Shown here in pieces: positions 1-11,400 of a DNA stretch of 64,000 nt; the stretch's first letter is position 1, and every line of letters starts with the position of its first letter. The translations under genes were made by a program, and so were the position numbers. The notes beneath the pieces are model-generated. The model was not told the origin of the DNA. It saw only the letters and a list, made by a program, of their open reading frames with translations, and made no database searches. The DNA comes from Lama glama (lineage: Eukaryota). The stretch is taken from assembly GCA_028534125.1 (NCBI GenBank), contig CM052816.1, forward strand, positions 20,338,001 to 20,402,000. Reading direction: 5' to 3'.

Positions 1-759
1 GCCTCATTGCGGGAGGTGGTGAGCCATTGCAACTGGGTTTTACAAACTGTAAAATACAGAAGACACCTGGGGAAACAGATCCAGCTGAATGTGCTGGACA
101 AGGGTCCTCCTGTCTGGGGTCTGGTCGGTGGGCTTGTACCCTGTAGTCAGCTGATCAAACAGATGCTCCTGTGAAATGCATGGGGTCAAAGTTGTCAGGA
201 GCCTGGGAACTCATGGAGGGGGCTTGGAGGGCTGGGGCACTGTCACAGGAAACTTATCAGCTCCTCAGTGGAATGGGTGAAGACTCATTTGTCAGGAAAG
301 TTGAGGAAGGAGGAGCTAGGGCTCCAGCCCTAAGCTGATGAGAATGAGGATAAGAGTCAGTTACTAGAGCCACTTAATTAATTCCAGGATGCTGAGCTGA
401 GCAAGACAGTCTTAGCACACTTCCAGTGGAAGAGCAGGTGCTGGCTCTTCTTGAGGGTGAATATGGCCAGTGGCCCATCCCAGAGTTGGGGGAGATGGTG
501 GGGTGTTCCAGTTAATAGAAGGATTTGGGTCCAAATAGCTGGGAATTTCCTGATTCAGAATCCTGATGGGAGATGAGTGATTCTCAGCACTTCTGACCCT
601 CCTGAGGTTTGGTTTAAACTGAATGATCCTGCAAATAATGCTCCTGGACTCTAAGGCCATTTCCAAGGGAGAAGGAAAAACTGTCAGGAATGGGGTGAGA
701 ACCCATTGGGTTAGAGGTGTAGTTCCATCCTGCTTAAAGACAGAGGAAATGGACATTAT

Positions 760-1185
760 GGTTGTCTTGTCAGCATCTACCCACACTCTTCCTGGTCTAG
801 CAGCCTCATGATTTGAGTGGCCCTAATTGGTCCAAGTCGATCAGAGAAATCCCACTCCCACCTTGCTGGAGGGATAGATGGAGAGACAGTCCAATCAGAA
901 CAAAGCTTAGGGCTTTAGTTCAGTGGTCTGAGAAATGGCACTCTTCCCCACACTGGATGTGAACAGTGAAGCACTGAGTCCTGGTTGCTGTTGGCAGCTA
1001 TTTTGTGACCATGAGGGAAGCCAATCTAAAGACAAAATTAACACCTGAAGGGCCCCTGAGCAGACAGGATCACACAGAAATGGGGCTGGACTTTCTGGAA
1101 CCATGAGTCCATTAATCTCCATTATTGTTCAAGTCATTTTGCGTTGGCTTTTCTGATTTTTGCATCAAGTGCTTTCTAACTGACG
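760..1185 (+). mobile_element. Degenerate ERVL-MaLR LTR (MLT1K/L/J-like)
   Basis: MLT1-type blocks 'ggcagctattttgtgaccatgagggaagcc' and 3' 'ttcaagtcattttgcgttggcttttctgatttttgca'; boundaries approximate. Confidence 0.55.
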
Positions 1186-4129
1186 TGTAGAACCTGTGGT
1201 TTCTCAGGACCCTTTCAGTCCTAGAAGTCAGTGGCTTAACTATTTTTTATGTCCTGGGATTACAGCCCAAAGCAGGTGGAAATGAACACTTGGGGCTCAT
1301 GTTCTTCTTAGACACCCAAGAATTGTTTCAGAGGTTGGAATGCTGGAAGCTGATTTGTGCTGGCACCTCTTGGACCAGGTCATCTCAGGTCATCTCCTTT
1401 TGCAAGCATGGAGAGGCTCTCTTTGCATTGTTGGAGCACCTAAGTCTAGAGGCTGGTCTAGCTTGCAGTTGGTTTGTCGGGCATTGGAGATGGTCTAGAA
1501 CCCAACTTAAAAGTTGAGGTTTGTTATTCACATGATCTGTGGATTGGAAACTACTAGTAAGTTGAGAAAATAATCACTTCTAAGTTGTGTTCTTACCTCC
1601 AAGAGTCAATTATCTGTAAGTGTTAGAGCTCACTTTGGTACTTGAAATTGTACGCTTCCTAAGCCCATATGTCAGGGGAAGCCAAACAAACAAGCTTCCA
1701 TTTTACAAATCCTCAGATACTTCCACAAAGGCTCCCTTAACTGTCTCTGACGGTAAGAAAATTAATAGATGCAGCTGACAATGTGTAAAATGATCATGTG
1801 TGTTGAGGTCTCGGAGGATAACATAATGTCTTCACTAGAAATGATTGGTATAATGTGGGATAGTCACGCAGGAGTTGGATAGCTGGAAAGCCTGCCATGG
1901 GTTAAGCACCATCATTATAGGCTCTTTCAATCAGGAAATAGCTGTCAAGTACCTGCAGCCTGCCTACCATCGGGCTGGTACCCAGAATCCATGTGTGCTG
2001 GATGGTGTTAAAGGGGTATAAGAGCATCCCTTGACCTTGAGGAGCTACCGTGTCAGGCCAGCAAGAGAAGGCACACATGCCTCCCACCCCGGGCGCACCT
2101 TGCAGGTGTATGTATTCTCTGAATTCTGGAAAAAGGAAGCAATGGTTGGGATCTGGGCTTTCTCAGGGGAAATGGGGCTTGAATTAAACTTCAAAGGAAT
2201 TGAGCAAATTATTATTTGGACTGGAATTATGTATTATAGAATGAACCTTGAAGCAGCCAGTCATTGGCTAGGACTTGGAGATTTTATTTACCAAGAGTGT
2301 TGGGAAAAAAATTTATTATAGCAAGAATTGGTCTGCCCTGTATTTGTCCTATATTTAAAACATGTAATTTTTCACAGTAACAGCAGAGAACATGAAATTT
2401 AAATGTAGGCTTCTTTATGGAATCTTGGAAATGACTTTTTTCCTGGATGGAATTGGACTATTGACTGTGTTAGGTTTGGCGGTGATTGAGCAAATAGTCT
2501 TTTCTATTGAATCTTATTATATTTTAATCACATTGCAAGAAATGTCAGAATAGTACAAAATGAGAAACTTCACAAGCTCATATTTCATTATGAAGTCAGT
2601 TTGTACAGAGCTTTGGAAGGGACCTCACTTGCATTGATTTGCTGCAGTGATCAATTATGGCCCAGGTCTAATGGGCTGGAGCGGGCGAGCCAGGAACTTC
2701 CACCGTGCTGAACCTGAAGGTCACTTCTCCACATCCCTCTGCCTGGAGCTGGCCACAGTGTTTGTTGTTTTATGATGTCACTTGAATCTGGAGGTCAGTG
2801 GATGAAATGCCACTCACTGTGGCTCTGGTGTGCTAACGTATCATGCCATCATGGCTGAACAGATTGTGCCTGTGGGCTGAATCATATTTTGAGATATTAA
2901 TTTTTCTTGTATTCCCCTCTGCTGCTCCATCTTCTTCCCATCCAAGCAGGGAGCAGGCTTGGGGCTTCATTGCCTCAGTGGAACTGCATGGCCAGGCTGC
3001 AAGCAGAAGTCACCTACATGACTTCTTTTATTTTCTACAAGCTCAAACCTGTGGTGTAGGATGGGATTTTAGGATAAAGGCAGAATGCATGGGAAAAGCA
3101 AGAGGCAGAGAGCATCTGCCTATCACCCTTGATGCGATGGCCCTGTCTAGGCGCCCGAGGGTGGGTGAAAAGCCCCAGACATGATGCATCTCTAGAGATG
3201 GAGCTGCAGCCACAGGGCCCCATATTTCCTGTGTGATAGTGTGGAGGCGGCAGAGCTGCCACTCACCAGACAGAAGAGGTGATGAAGAATTCAGTAGCCA
3301 GTCAGTGATTCTAGAGATTGGAGTCTCCACCCCTTTCTAGGAACTGCACAATTCTGGTGGGACTGAGAGAATAGGAGCTTCAGATTGACCCCATGGACCT
3401 TTGTCGTCCAGTGACTCTGTGGCTTCCATTCACCACTGAAAGGACTCTTGGCCAAAGTCAACCATTCTGGTGTCCTTGGTCCAACCTACCTGGGGGCCTG
3501 GTGCCATCTCAGGATGTAGCCATGGCAGGGCTGCTACTCCCTGCCTGCCTCTGCCAGCCCCCTGCCGTCTCCAGGAACAGACCCTCTCTCTTACTGCCCT
3601 CAGGGGCTTTCTGAGAGGTCCACGGAGGCTGGAGTCAGGAAGGATGGAGAGTTGGAGAGAAAGTGCTCAGTCTGTCTAGTCCTTCCACATCAGCCAAAAC
3701 CAAAGTACATCTTGGCATTTAGTGTTATTTTTTTTCTGCCATGCTTATTAAACAGAAGCATAATGGAGAACCCAAAAAATCATCCCTCAACCATCTGCAG
3801 AAGTGTAGAAGGATCTAGTGCTGAAATTGTGAACGGACTCTGGCCAGCAGTTCACGTGGCATCCGACAATGTTGAGTATCACTGTGTTTCTTCCAAAGAG
3901 TAAAAATACCCTCTGGCTTCCTATGAGTTTGCTAGAGTGCCTGGGGTTACTTTGGTGTACTATTTGAGAATCGTAGTAATAGGATTCCTTTGTATATAAG
4001 TGTTTTTTTGTTTAAAACTTTGACTAACTGTGTGGTACTCTCTTTGTATATTCCGTGTGTTAGTGGGCCCTGTTACTGGGCTTTAAGGCCAGTAACAAGT
4101 TATCTCTCTTATAAACATTGTCACAATGA

Positions 4130-4478
4130 AGAGCTGTCTAGGTTAATCTTTGAGCACATTTCTGATTTTTTTATTAAGATAAATTCCTAGAGTGGAATGG
4201 CTTGGCCAAGGGTAGTCACATGTTTAGGGCTGTTTATATGAATCACCACCTTTCTCTGAAAAGATTGTACCAGTTTATCCTCACCCTGTGCATGAGCCCA
4301 CATTCCATATCATCACCAACACTAAATAGTGTCATTCTTTTTAATCCTTGGTAGTCTGATGGCATCTGCTTGGTTAATTTACATTTCTTGGTTATTTTCA
4401 AGTTTGAACTTTTTCATATGCATGTTAGCCTTTCCTGAATTCCTGCTTATATCTTTTGCTCATTTGCCTATTGGATTG
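4130..4478 (-). mobile_element. Old L1 (L1M) 3'-region fragment
   Basis: Antisense L1 phrases 'ataaattcctagagtggaatggct', 'ttgtaccagtttatcctcacc', 'atatcttttgctcatttgcctattgg'. Confidence 0.7.
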
Positions 4479-4905
4479 TGTGATGGTTTGAAACTATGCC
4501 TGCACATTCTTTGTCACTCTTTTTTCAAAAGGTGGAGAGTAAGTCCCATTTTGTTCAGTGTTGGCTGGACTTAGTGTTTCACTTCTAAAGAACAGAATGT
4601 GGCAGAAGTGATGATGAGTGACTTCCAAGTCTTGACCAGGAAAGACACTGCAGTTTTCACACTCTGAAACAGTTTGTTCCAGGGGAGGTGGTGGCCATGT
4701 TGTTAGGACACTCAAGCAGCCCACTGAAGTAGAGGTGAAAGTCGTGTGGAGAGAAACTAAGGTCTCCCAATAAAGGCGGAACCGACCTGCCAGCACATGA
4801 GTGAGCACTTTAGAGGTCGATCTTCCAGCCCCAGCCAAGCCTTCAGATGACTGCAGGCTTGGCTGACCTTTAACTGCAACCGCATGGAAGAGGAGTTTAG
4901 CTAAG
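4479..4905 (+). mobile_element. ERVL-MaLR LTR (MLT1F-like), 3' truncated
   Basis: Starts TG; contains 'agaatgtggcagaagtgatg..gtgacttccaag', 'gccatgttgttaggacactcaagcagcc', 'ccagccaagccttcagatgactgcag'. Confidence 0.8.
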
Positions 4906-4970
4906 GCCCCAAAGATGGAGAACAAACCTTATCCGCCAAGTCCTTCACATTCTAAAGTGAGGGGTTAGAC

Positions 4971-5183
4971 CTGGGCTGTCTGATATGGTTGCTCCCGGCC
5001 ACATGTGGTTACTGAGCACTGGACAGAGGGAGTCTTCAAACTGAGAGGCCTTGTCAGTGTCAAATATACACTGGATTCTGGAGATTTTGTATGCAAAAAA
5101 AGGCTGTAAAATATCTCATTAGTAAATTTTTATGTTGATTACACATTGAAATGGTAATATCTTAGCTCTGCTGGGTTAAGTAA
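4971..5183. mobile_element. hAT-Charlie MER33-like DNA transposon, partial copy
   Basis: 'ctgggctgtctgatatggttgc..ggccacatgtggttactgagcact' and 'atatctcatt..tatgttgattacacattgaaatg'; homologous to 6065-6276. Confidence 0.8.
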
Positions 5184-5309
5184 GTCCAACCATAGGGTCC
5201 AGTAATGTGCAGTATATACCAACAGAGCACATAACTTTTACTTGATTATTAATGATAAGACAACGTAAGAGTAACTGAAAGTTGATGAACTCAGTGATGC
5301 ATAGATTTT

Positions 5310-5470
5310 CAGCTACCTGGGTGAAATGTGAATCTTAGTGCCCTGACTAAAATGGGGATAATAATGTTAATGCCTGGTGGATGAGTTCTCAACATGAAAT
5401 CAGACAGTGCAGGTAAAGTGCAGGACCTGAGACATGGTGAGCAAGTCAGAAATATTTGCTGCTGTTGTTT
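5310..5470 (+). mobile_element. MIR SINE
   Basis: MIR core 'taaaatggggataataat' and a degenerate 3' tail. Confidence 0.6.
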
Positions 5471-6064
5471 TCACTAATAATGAGGAGGACATAAACCCAA
5501 GCATGCTGACTCCCTTGACTCAGAGTAACCAAGCTTGTGTTAAGAGGAGGTGCATACGGTACCTGGATGAATTGTTTTACCAGCTCTGGCAGAGCCAGGC
5601 TGCCCTCATTCCAGAGCAGTGAGCTTTGACTCCCTTTCAGATGTGTCAATCCTTGGATTTGAAATCCCTTGTATGCAGTACAAATTAGTTAGCTTTGTTT
5701 TAGATTGTACACATGTGGAGTTACCACCTCTTGACTTCAGCATTTAAATTTATGTGAAAATCATGCAAATTATGCTTCCCTGAATCAACTAGCTCCTTGG
5801 GTGTCGGTCTGAGGTCTGTTCTGCTTCACGCACCAGGCTCTGTGTTTACAGTTCCTTCAACTCAGCAAAGGCTCAGGACACCCCAACCCTTACTCCCCGC
5901 ACATTCTGAGCTGTCCCCGAGGGCAGGGCCCTGGGCTCAGTTAGCTCAGCAAACATGCATAACATGATGATGCTGGCTGCACCTTTTCCTGATTTCTCTG
6001 AGTCTAGTGAAGGCCCCGAGGTGCAGAACACAAGTACACCACACTCTAAAGTGAGGGGCTAGTC

Positions 6065-6533
6065 CTGTGCTGTCCAGTACAGTAGGTATCAGCCAAATGC
6101 AGCTACTGAGCACTGGACATGGCGAGTCCAAACTGAGAGGCCCTATGTGTGTGAAGTACACACTGGGTTCTGGATTAGTATGATTAAAAAAAGAAGGATG
6201 TGAGATATCTCATTAGTAGACTTTTATATTGATTACACATTGAAATGATAATGTCTTAACCAAATAGGGTTAAATAAAACACATTATTGGTGGGGGGAGT
6301 GCATAGCTCAGTGGTAGAGTGTGTGCCTAGCATGCACAAGGTCCTGGGTTCAATCCCCAGTACCTCCATCAGAACTAACTAATTAAATAAATTTAATTAC
6401 CTCCCCCCCTCAAAAAATAAAACCACATTATTAAATTTAACATCATCTGTTTCTTTTTACTTTTGTAATGTGGCCACTAGAAACTTCAAAATCACCCAGG
6501 AGGCTCACGTTGTATTTCTTGCGGACAGTGCAC
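6065..6533. mobile_element. MER33-like DNA transposon, full length, interrupted by a SINE
   Basis: Termini 'ctgtgctgtcc' and 'ggacagtgcac'; internal 'catctgtttctttttacttttgtaatgtggccactagaaacttcaaaat'; 8-bp flanks ggctagtc/agttagac. Confidence 0.85.
6289..6414 (+). mobile_element. tRNA-Ala-derived camelid SINE (Vic-type)
   Basis: A box tagctcagtgg 6304-6314, B box gggttcaatcc 6346-6356, AT-rich/poly-C tail; TSD aaataaaac(c)acattatt at 6272-6288 and 6415-6432. Confidence 0.9.
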
Positions 6534-7189
6534 AGTTAGACCACATGTGAAGGTCTTGCCAAAGAGGGGGTTGTCTGGGGAGGGGCTAGAGATTCCAGAG
6601 CTTGTTGGGCCTGTTGTCCATGATTCCTGTGAATCTGAAGAGCCAGACAGGGCTGCCATCCAAATGAGAGATTCAGGCAGGGGAAACCTGAGAACAACCC
6701 CACCTAAGACTGTTGTCTGCAAGGGGTAGTTTGAGTCCTCAGCACACAGAAACTGGTTGTTCTGGTTGGCTTTCAGAAACTGCTAGCTGGGGCAGAGGTT
6801 GGAAGCAGACAGCAAGAGGAGGCACTGCCCCTACCAGAAGACAGCAGGTGGCAGACCCCTCTCCCCCCAGCGATGAGAAAGGTGCTTCTGAAATAGAGAC
6901 ATAACCCCACTCCAATGCCCACAGAAAGACCCAGCCTTCAGGACTTCTTCATCAGACAGCACCACTGACATTTCGCCACCCTATGTTTTCAGCCTCTAAC
7001 CTACACTCCTCTGACCCCGGCTCCATCCTGGGGGGCTGGATGCTCAGTGTTGGGGGAGGCCCTCGCAACACCTCTCCCACGGAGGGCTGGAGCTAGGAGA
7101 AGGGCAAATTGGTAAGTTTGGTTATCACATTGGTGTTTTTGTCAACCTGACAAAACAGGGCCAATTCACTTATTACCCTTTGATCTCAT

Positions 7190-7745
7190 CTTAACCCAGT
7201 AGCCAGAGTGAACATATTAATATGTAGGTTGAATTAGGTCCTTCCTCTGCTCAGACCCCTCCAGTGGCTGCCCTCTCTCTTGGATTAAAAGCCACAGTCC
7301 TACAACAGTCTGTGAGAGCCAGCCCCTCCTGCCTCTTCTGTGCCACATCCTCTCGTCTCTTCCCCCAGCTCCTGCTACGTAGACTCCCTGCTGTCCCATG
7401 CAGGCAAGCACCAAGCCCAGAACCTGTGTCTGCTCTTCCCTCCGCCCCAAATGCTCTGACCCCACATGTCTGGGCAGCTCATTTCCTTTTCTCCCTCAGG
7501 TCTCCACTCAAAGCCTGCTTTCTTAACCCAACTAAAATCATAACTGCGCTCTTCCCAGCTGCCTGCTCCATGCAACTTGCTTTGTGTTTCATTGTTTAAT
7601 ACAACTCTGTTGCCCCCAGAACATAAGCTCTCTGAGGGCTGTGAGGCTATTTTTGTTGTGTTGGGCTGTGTTTTGCTGCCCGTTTTGTTTATTGATGCAT
7701 TGAGGCAACTTGGGACATAGGTGTCCAACAATATTTGTGGAGTAG
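7190..7745 (+). mobile_element. L2 LINE 3' portion
   Basis: 'ctctgctcagacccctccagtggctgccc', 'taagctctctgagggc', tail 'cataggtgtccaacaatatttgtgga'. Confidence 0.7.
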
Positions 7746-8736
7746 GTCAATCAAAGTGACCATGCAGCTCTGAGATTTGCCAGAGGTTTTCCCCCGGGGC
7801 AGGGAAGAGGGACTGAACACAGAGATGACTGAAGGAAGCAATTGTGAGAAAGATAAGGTTGTTTCCTGCTTGCACCCTTGTAGGTGACATGCTCCTCCCG
7901 GGGTCCAAAGCATTGCAGAACAGTCTCTGCCCTGAAGGTGCTGATGACACAGTCAACATGTAAAGCACAAGGGCTGTGACCAGTGGGGCAGGCTGCTTTG
8001 GGCAGTGAGATTAGGGCTGGCTTTTGAAGAAGCAAATAGACACCCATCAGGCAGGAAAAAGGAAAGGCAAATTTTAGACAGAGATGTGTGCTCAGATGTG
8101 GGGGTGCGGTCTAGTGTGTGTGTGAGAGGCAGGTGGGCTGGGGGAGGAGAGGGCCTCATGGCCTGATGGAAGGGGCACCTGTGTCCTGTCACTTTGGGTT
8201 CAGGGCCATTTCCAAGCCCAGAGAGCTGGTGGGGCAGATAACAAGGGTATCCATGGTTTAGCAGGTGGAAGGACAGATTCATTGATGCTGCTGTTGTCCC
8301 AGGACCAGATCTTGGTCATTAGAATGTTTAGAGGGAATAAAAATTATATTTGCAGCCAGTGGGACAGAGTGAGGGTGCTAAGCTGGTGACAGCATTCCAT
8401 CTCCAGGAATAAAGACCTGCAATCTCAGTTCAGTACTGAATGAGGGGCAGGTCCTACTGTGGGAAGTGGTGGGATGTTTTCACTGTCTTGCTGGCTGTAT
8501 TGTGGGCTTGGTGGTGCACCCATGAGAGTCTGACTCTTGATACCCAAGGAGTGGTTGCCATCACCTCTTACTGGTCCAGGTCATAGGTGATGGGCTCTTC
8601 CTTGTATTCAGAGCCTCATTGGTGACAGACACCCCAAACATTTACTAGCATATTCATCACATTTGCAGATCTTCATATACAATGGCACGTTCTCCTTGTG
8701 TGCATAAGGGAAAGGGAAAGTGGAGAGACTGGTGCT

Positions 8737-9172
8737 GTGTATTAGATAAGTCAGCTATTATTATGAGAATGCTTAGTAACAAACCCTCCCCAAACTCAGT
8801 GCTTGGCAATGACAAATGTTCTCAGACTCAGGAATCTTCAGGTTGAATGTGGTTCAGTTCATATAGGTGGCACATGGTGGGGCAGGGGTGTTTTGGCTGA
8901 GGTTGCATTCAGGTCTATCCATTGTGTGTTCCTCCTGGTGCCCAGGCTCCGGGGGCAGCAGCCAGACAGGGTGGGCTCTTCTCCTAGTGCCTCACCAGAG
9001 CACATGAGTCAAGCTGAACTGCATCCACATATTTAAGGCTGCTGTGCATCTCACTCCTACTAGCCTTCCATTGGGCAGTCAGTCACATGACCCAGCCCAA
9101 CACCAATGGGGCGGGGCTGCACACTCTGCCCATGGTGGGAGGGGATGGAAATAAACAGCCAAATTATCACAG
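8737..9172 (-). mobile_element. Degenerate MaLR LTR (MLT1H/I-like)
   Basis: Antisense MLT1 end 'gtaacaaaccctccccaaactcagtg' and 'ccattgggcagtcagtcacatgacccagcccaac'. Confidence 0.6.
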
Positions 9173-9254
9173 GCTGCAGCTCAGAGAAAAGCATCACAAA
9201 GTTTAAGGAGGAGGGGTTTGACCTCAGGCATCAGCAAATGTCCTTCTCAGAGAC

Positions 9255-9740
9255 TGTGGTAGGCTGAACAACGGCCCCTAAATTTGTCCTTGTCCTGATC
9301 CCTGGAACTTGTAAATATGCGACATTACATGGTGAAGGGGACTTTGCTGATGTGATTAAGTTAAGGATCTTGAGATGAGGAGATATTATCCTGGATTATC
9401 TGGCTGGGCTTGATATAATCACAAGGGCTCTCCAAAGGGGAGGCAGGAGGAGTAGAGAGAAGGCCACGTGATGCCAGAAGCAGAACTAGAGAGAAGGAGC
9501 CAGGCCACTGGCAATGAAGAGGCAGGATGGGGTGCTCACTGAGGAATGTAGGTGGGCTCCAGAGCTGGCACGGAAACGGATTCTCCCCGGGAGACTCCAG
9601 AAGGAACCAGTCCTGCTGATACCTTGATTTCAGCTCCATAAGGCTCATCCTTCTGACCTCCTGACCCCCATAACCGTTAAGAGAATAAATTTGTGTTGCT
9701 TAGATCACTGATTTTGTGATAAGCTTTTGTATTGCAGTAA
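9255..9740 (+). mobile_element. MLT1D-like LTR
   Basis: 'tgtggtaggctgaacaacggcccc..gggactttgctgatgtgattaagttaaggatcttgagatg..attatcctggattatc..agaataaatttgtgttg'. Confidence 0.9.
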
Positions 9741-9810
9741 GTTTTAAGACTCCAAGCTTTCAGAATTACAAAAAAATTCCTGAAGGTTGAGATATGGTGA
9801 CTTAAAAACA

Positions 9811-10449
9811 ATTTTTGTTTGTTTTGGGAGGGAGGTAATTGGGTTTGTTTAATTAATTAATAGTTAATTAAAATAGAGGTACTAGAGATTGANNNNNNNN
9901 NNNNNNNNNNNNNNNNNNNNNNNNNNNNNNNNNNNNNNNNNNNNNNNNNNNNNNNNNNNNNNNNNNNNNNNNNNNNNNNNNNNNNNNNNNNNNNNNNNNN
10001 NNNNNNNNNNNNNNNNNNNNNNNNNNNNNNNNNNNNNNNNNNNNNNNNNNNNNNNNNNNNNNNNNNNNNNNNNNNNNNNNNNNNNNNNNNNNNNNNNNNN
10101 NNNNNNNNNNNNNNNNNNNNNNNNNNNNNNNNNNNNNNNNNNNNNNNNNNNNNNNNNNNNNNNNNNNNNNNNNNNNNNNNNNNNNNNNNNNNNNNNNNNN
10201 NNNNNNNNNNNNNNNNNNNNNNNNNNNNNNNNNNNNNNNNNNNNNNNNNNNNNNNNNNNNNNNNNNNNNNNNNNNNNNNNNNNNNNNNNNNNNNNNNNNN
10301 NNNNNNNNNNNNNNNNNNNNNNNNNNNNNNNNNNNNNNNNNNNNNNNNNNNNNNNNNNNNNNNNNNNNNNNNNNNNNNNNNNNNNNNNNNNNACCCAGGA
10401 CCTTGTGCATGCTAAGCATGCACTCTACCCCTGAGCTGTATCCTCCCCC
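9811..10449 (-). mobile_element. Vic-type tRNA-derived SINE split by an assembly gap
   Basis: Reverse complement matches the 6289 SINE on both sides of the Ns; TSD-like atatggtgac (9792-9801) and atatggagac (10451-10460). Confidence 0.85.
9893..10392. other. Assembly gap of exactly 500 N
   Basis: Direct count of the N run. Confidence 0.99.
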
Positions 10450-10839
10450 AATATGGAGACATTTTGATGGTATATCTGGGATTTGTGCCGGATGAGGGGC
10501 TTGGCGTTTTCTCCCATGTCACACCACACAGGTGCACTGTCCTGCTCTTGTCTGCATCTTGCCTCCTGCTGCATATGTGGAATAATGTAGTCTCTCAAGG
10601 AGAGGTGGCTATTAAACACTGCTCTGTTCATGATGGATGATTGCCCATACTTTTGCTTCTCATTGGTGGCATGAGCTTAAAACCTTATTAGCTTATGAAT
10701 TCTACTAGCATTCCTACTTTACCAATTATATACACATCTGTAGATAATGTTGAATGCATTAAATCTTATCTGTGGGGGAGTGTGGATGAAGCAAGGAGGA
10801 CTATTTGGGGTGATGACTCAAGAGCTGGTGGCCCCCACC

Positions 10840-11400
10840 ACATATGCTAAGGAATTAGAAGCTAATCTAAGACATCATGGGGTCTTCTAACTCCCTCTCT
10901 CCATCCCTCCCTCCCTCCCAGCATGGGATGACATTATCGAATCTGTCTTTTAAAAGTTAACCAACTGGTGACTATGCAATGGATGGAGCTGGTCAAGCCC
11001 CCAAGAAGGGGGCTGGCATATCAATCTGGTTAGGAAGTGATGAGAACTTCAACCAAGGCAGTGACAATCAGAAATAATTGGGAAGTGGAATGGTCAGGAC
11101 CAAATGAGTTTGAGGCATGCGGTGTACACTGCCCAGCTCCCTGTCAGGACTGAGGCCCTCCTTCTCCCAGCTGGTTTGGCTATAGGTTCATAATGGCTCA
11201 CAGCTGCATTACTTTCAGGGCCTTGACCTTGGCCAGAAAGAGCCGCCTTGCCCAAGGAGCCATGGAAACTTGGCAAGAAATGGTTACCAGAAGGAGAGAG
11301 TGGTGGGCAGAGAAGGCAGTCTGGGAGTTTCTGCTGGATTTGGGAACACAGAGGTCATTGGTGACTTCTCCAACACAGAGGTCATTGCTGACTTCCCCAC
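10840..11400 (-). mobile_element. Degenerate L2 fragments
   Basis: Antisense L2 phrases 'gtgatgagaacttcaaccaaggcagtgacaat' and 'gaggtcattggtgac'. Confidence 0.5.
11345..11398. repeat. 27-bp tandem duplication (2 mismatches)
   Basis: aacacagaggtcattggtgacttctcc followed by aacacagaggtcattgctgacttcccc. Confidence 0.9.

Noticed and set aside
6292..6368. tRNA-Ala(AGC) gene (anticodon arm tgtgc-ctagcat-gcaca, A and B boxes present)
   Set aside because: It has a SINE tail, a TSD, a poor acceptor stem and a second related copy in the window, and it sits inside a MER33. It is a SINE.
9868..10434. 181-183 aa ORFs in the track
   Set aside because: Artefacts of translating the N gap.
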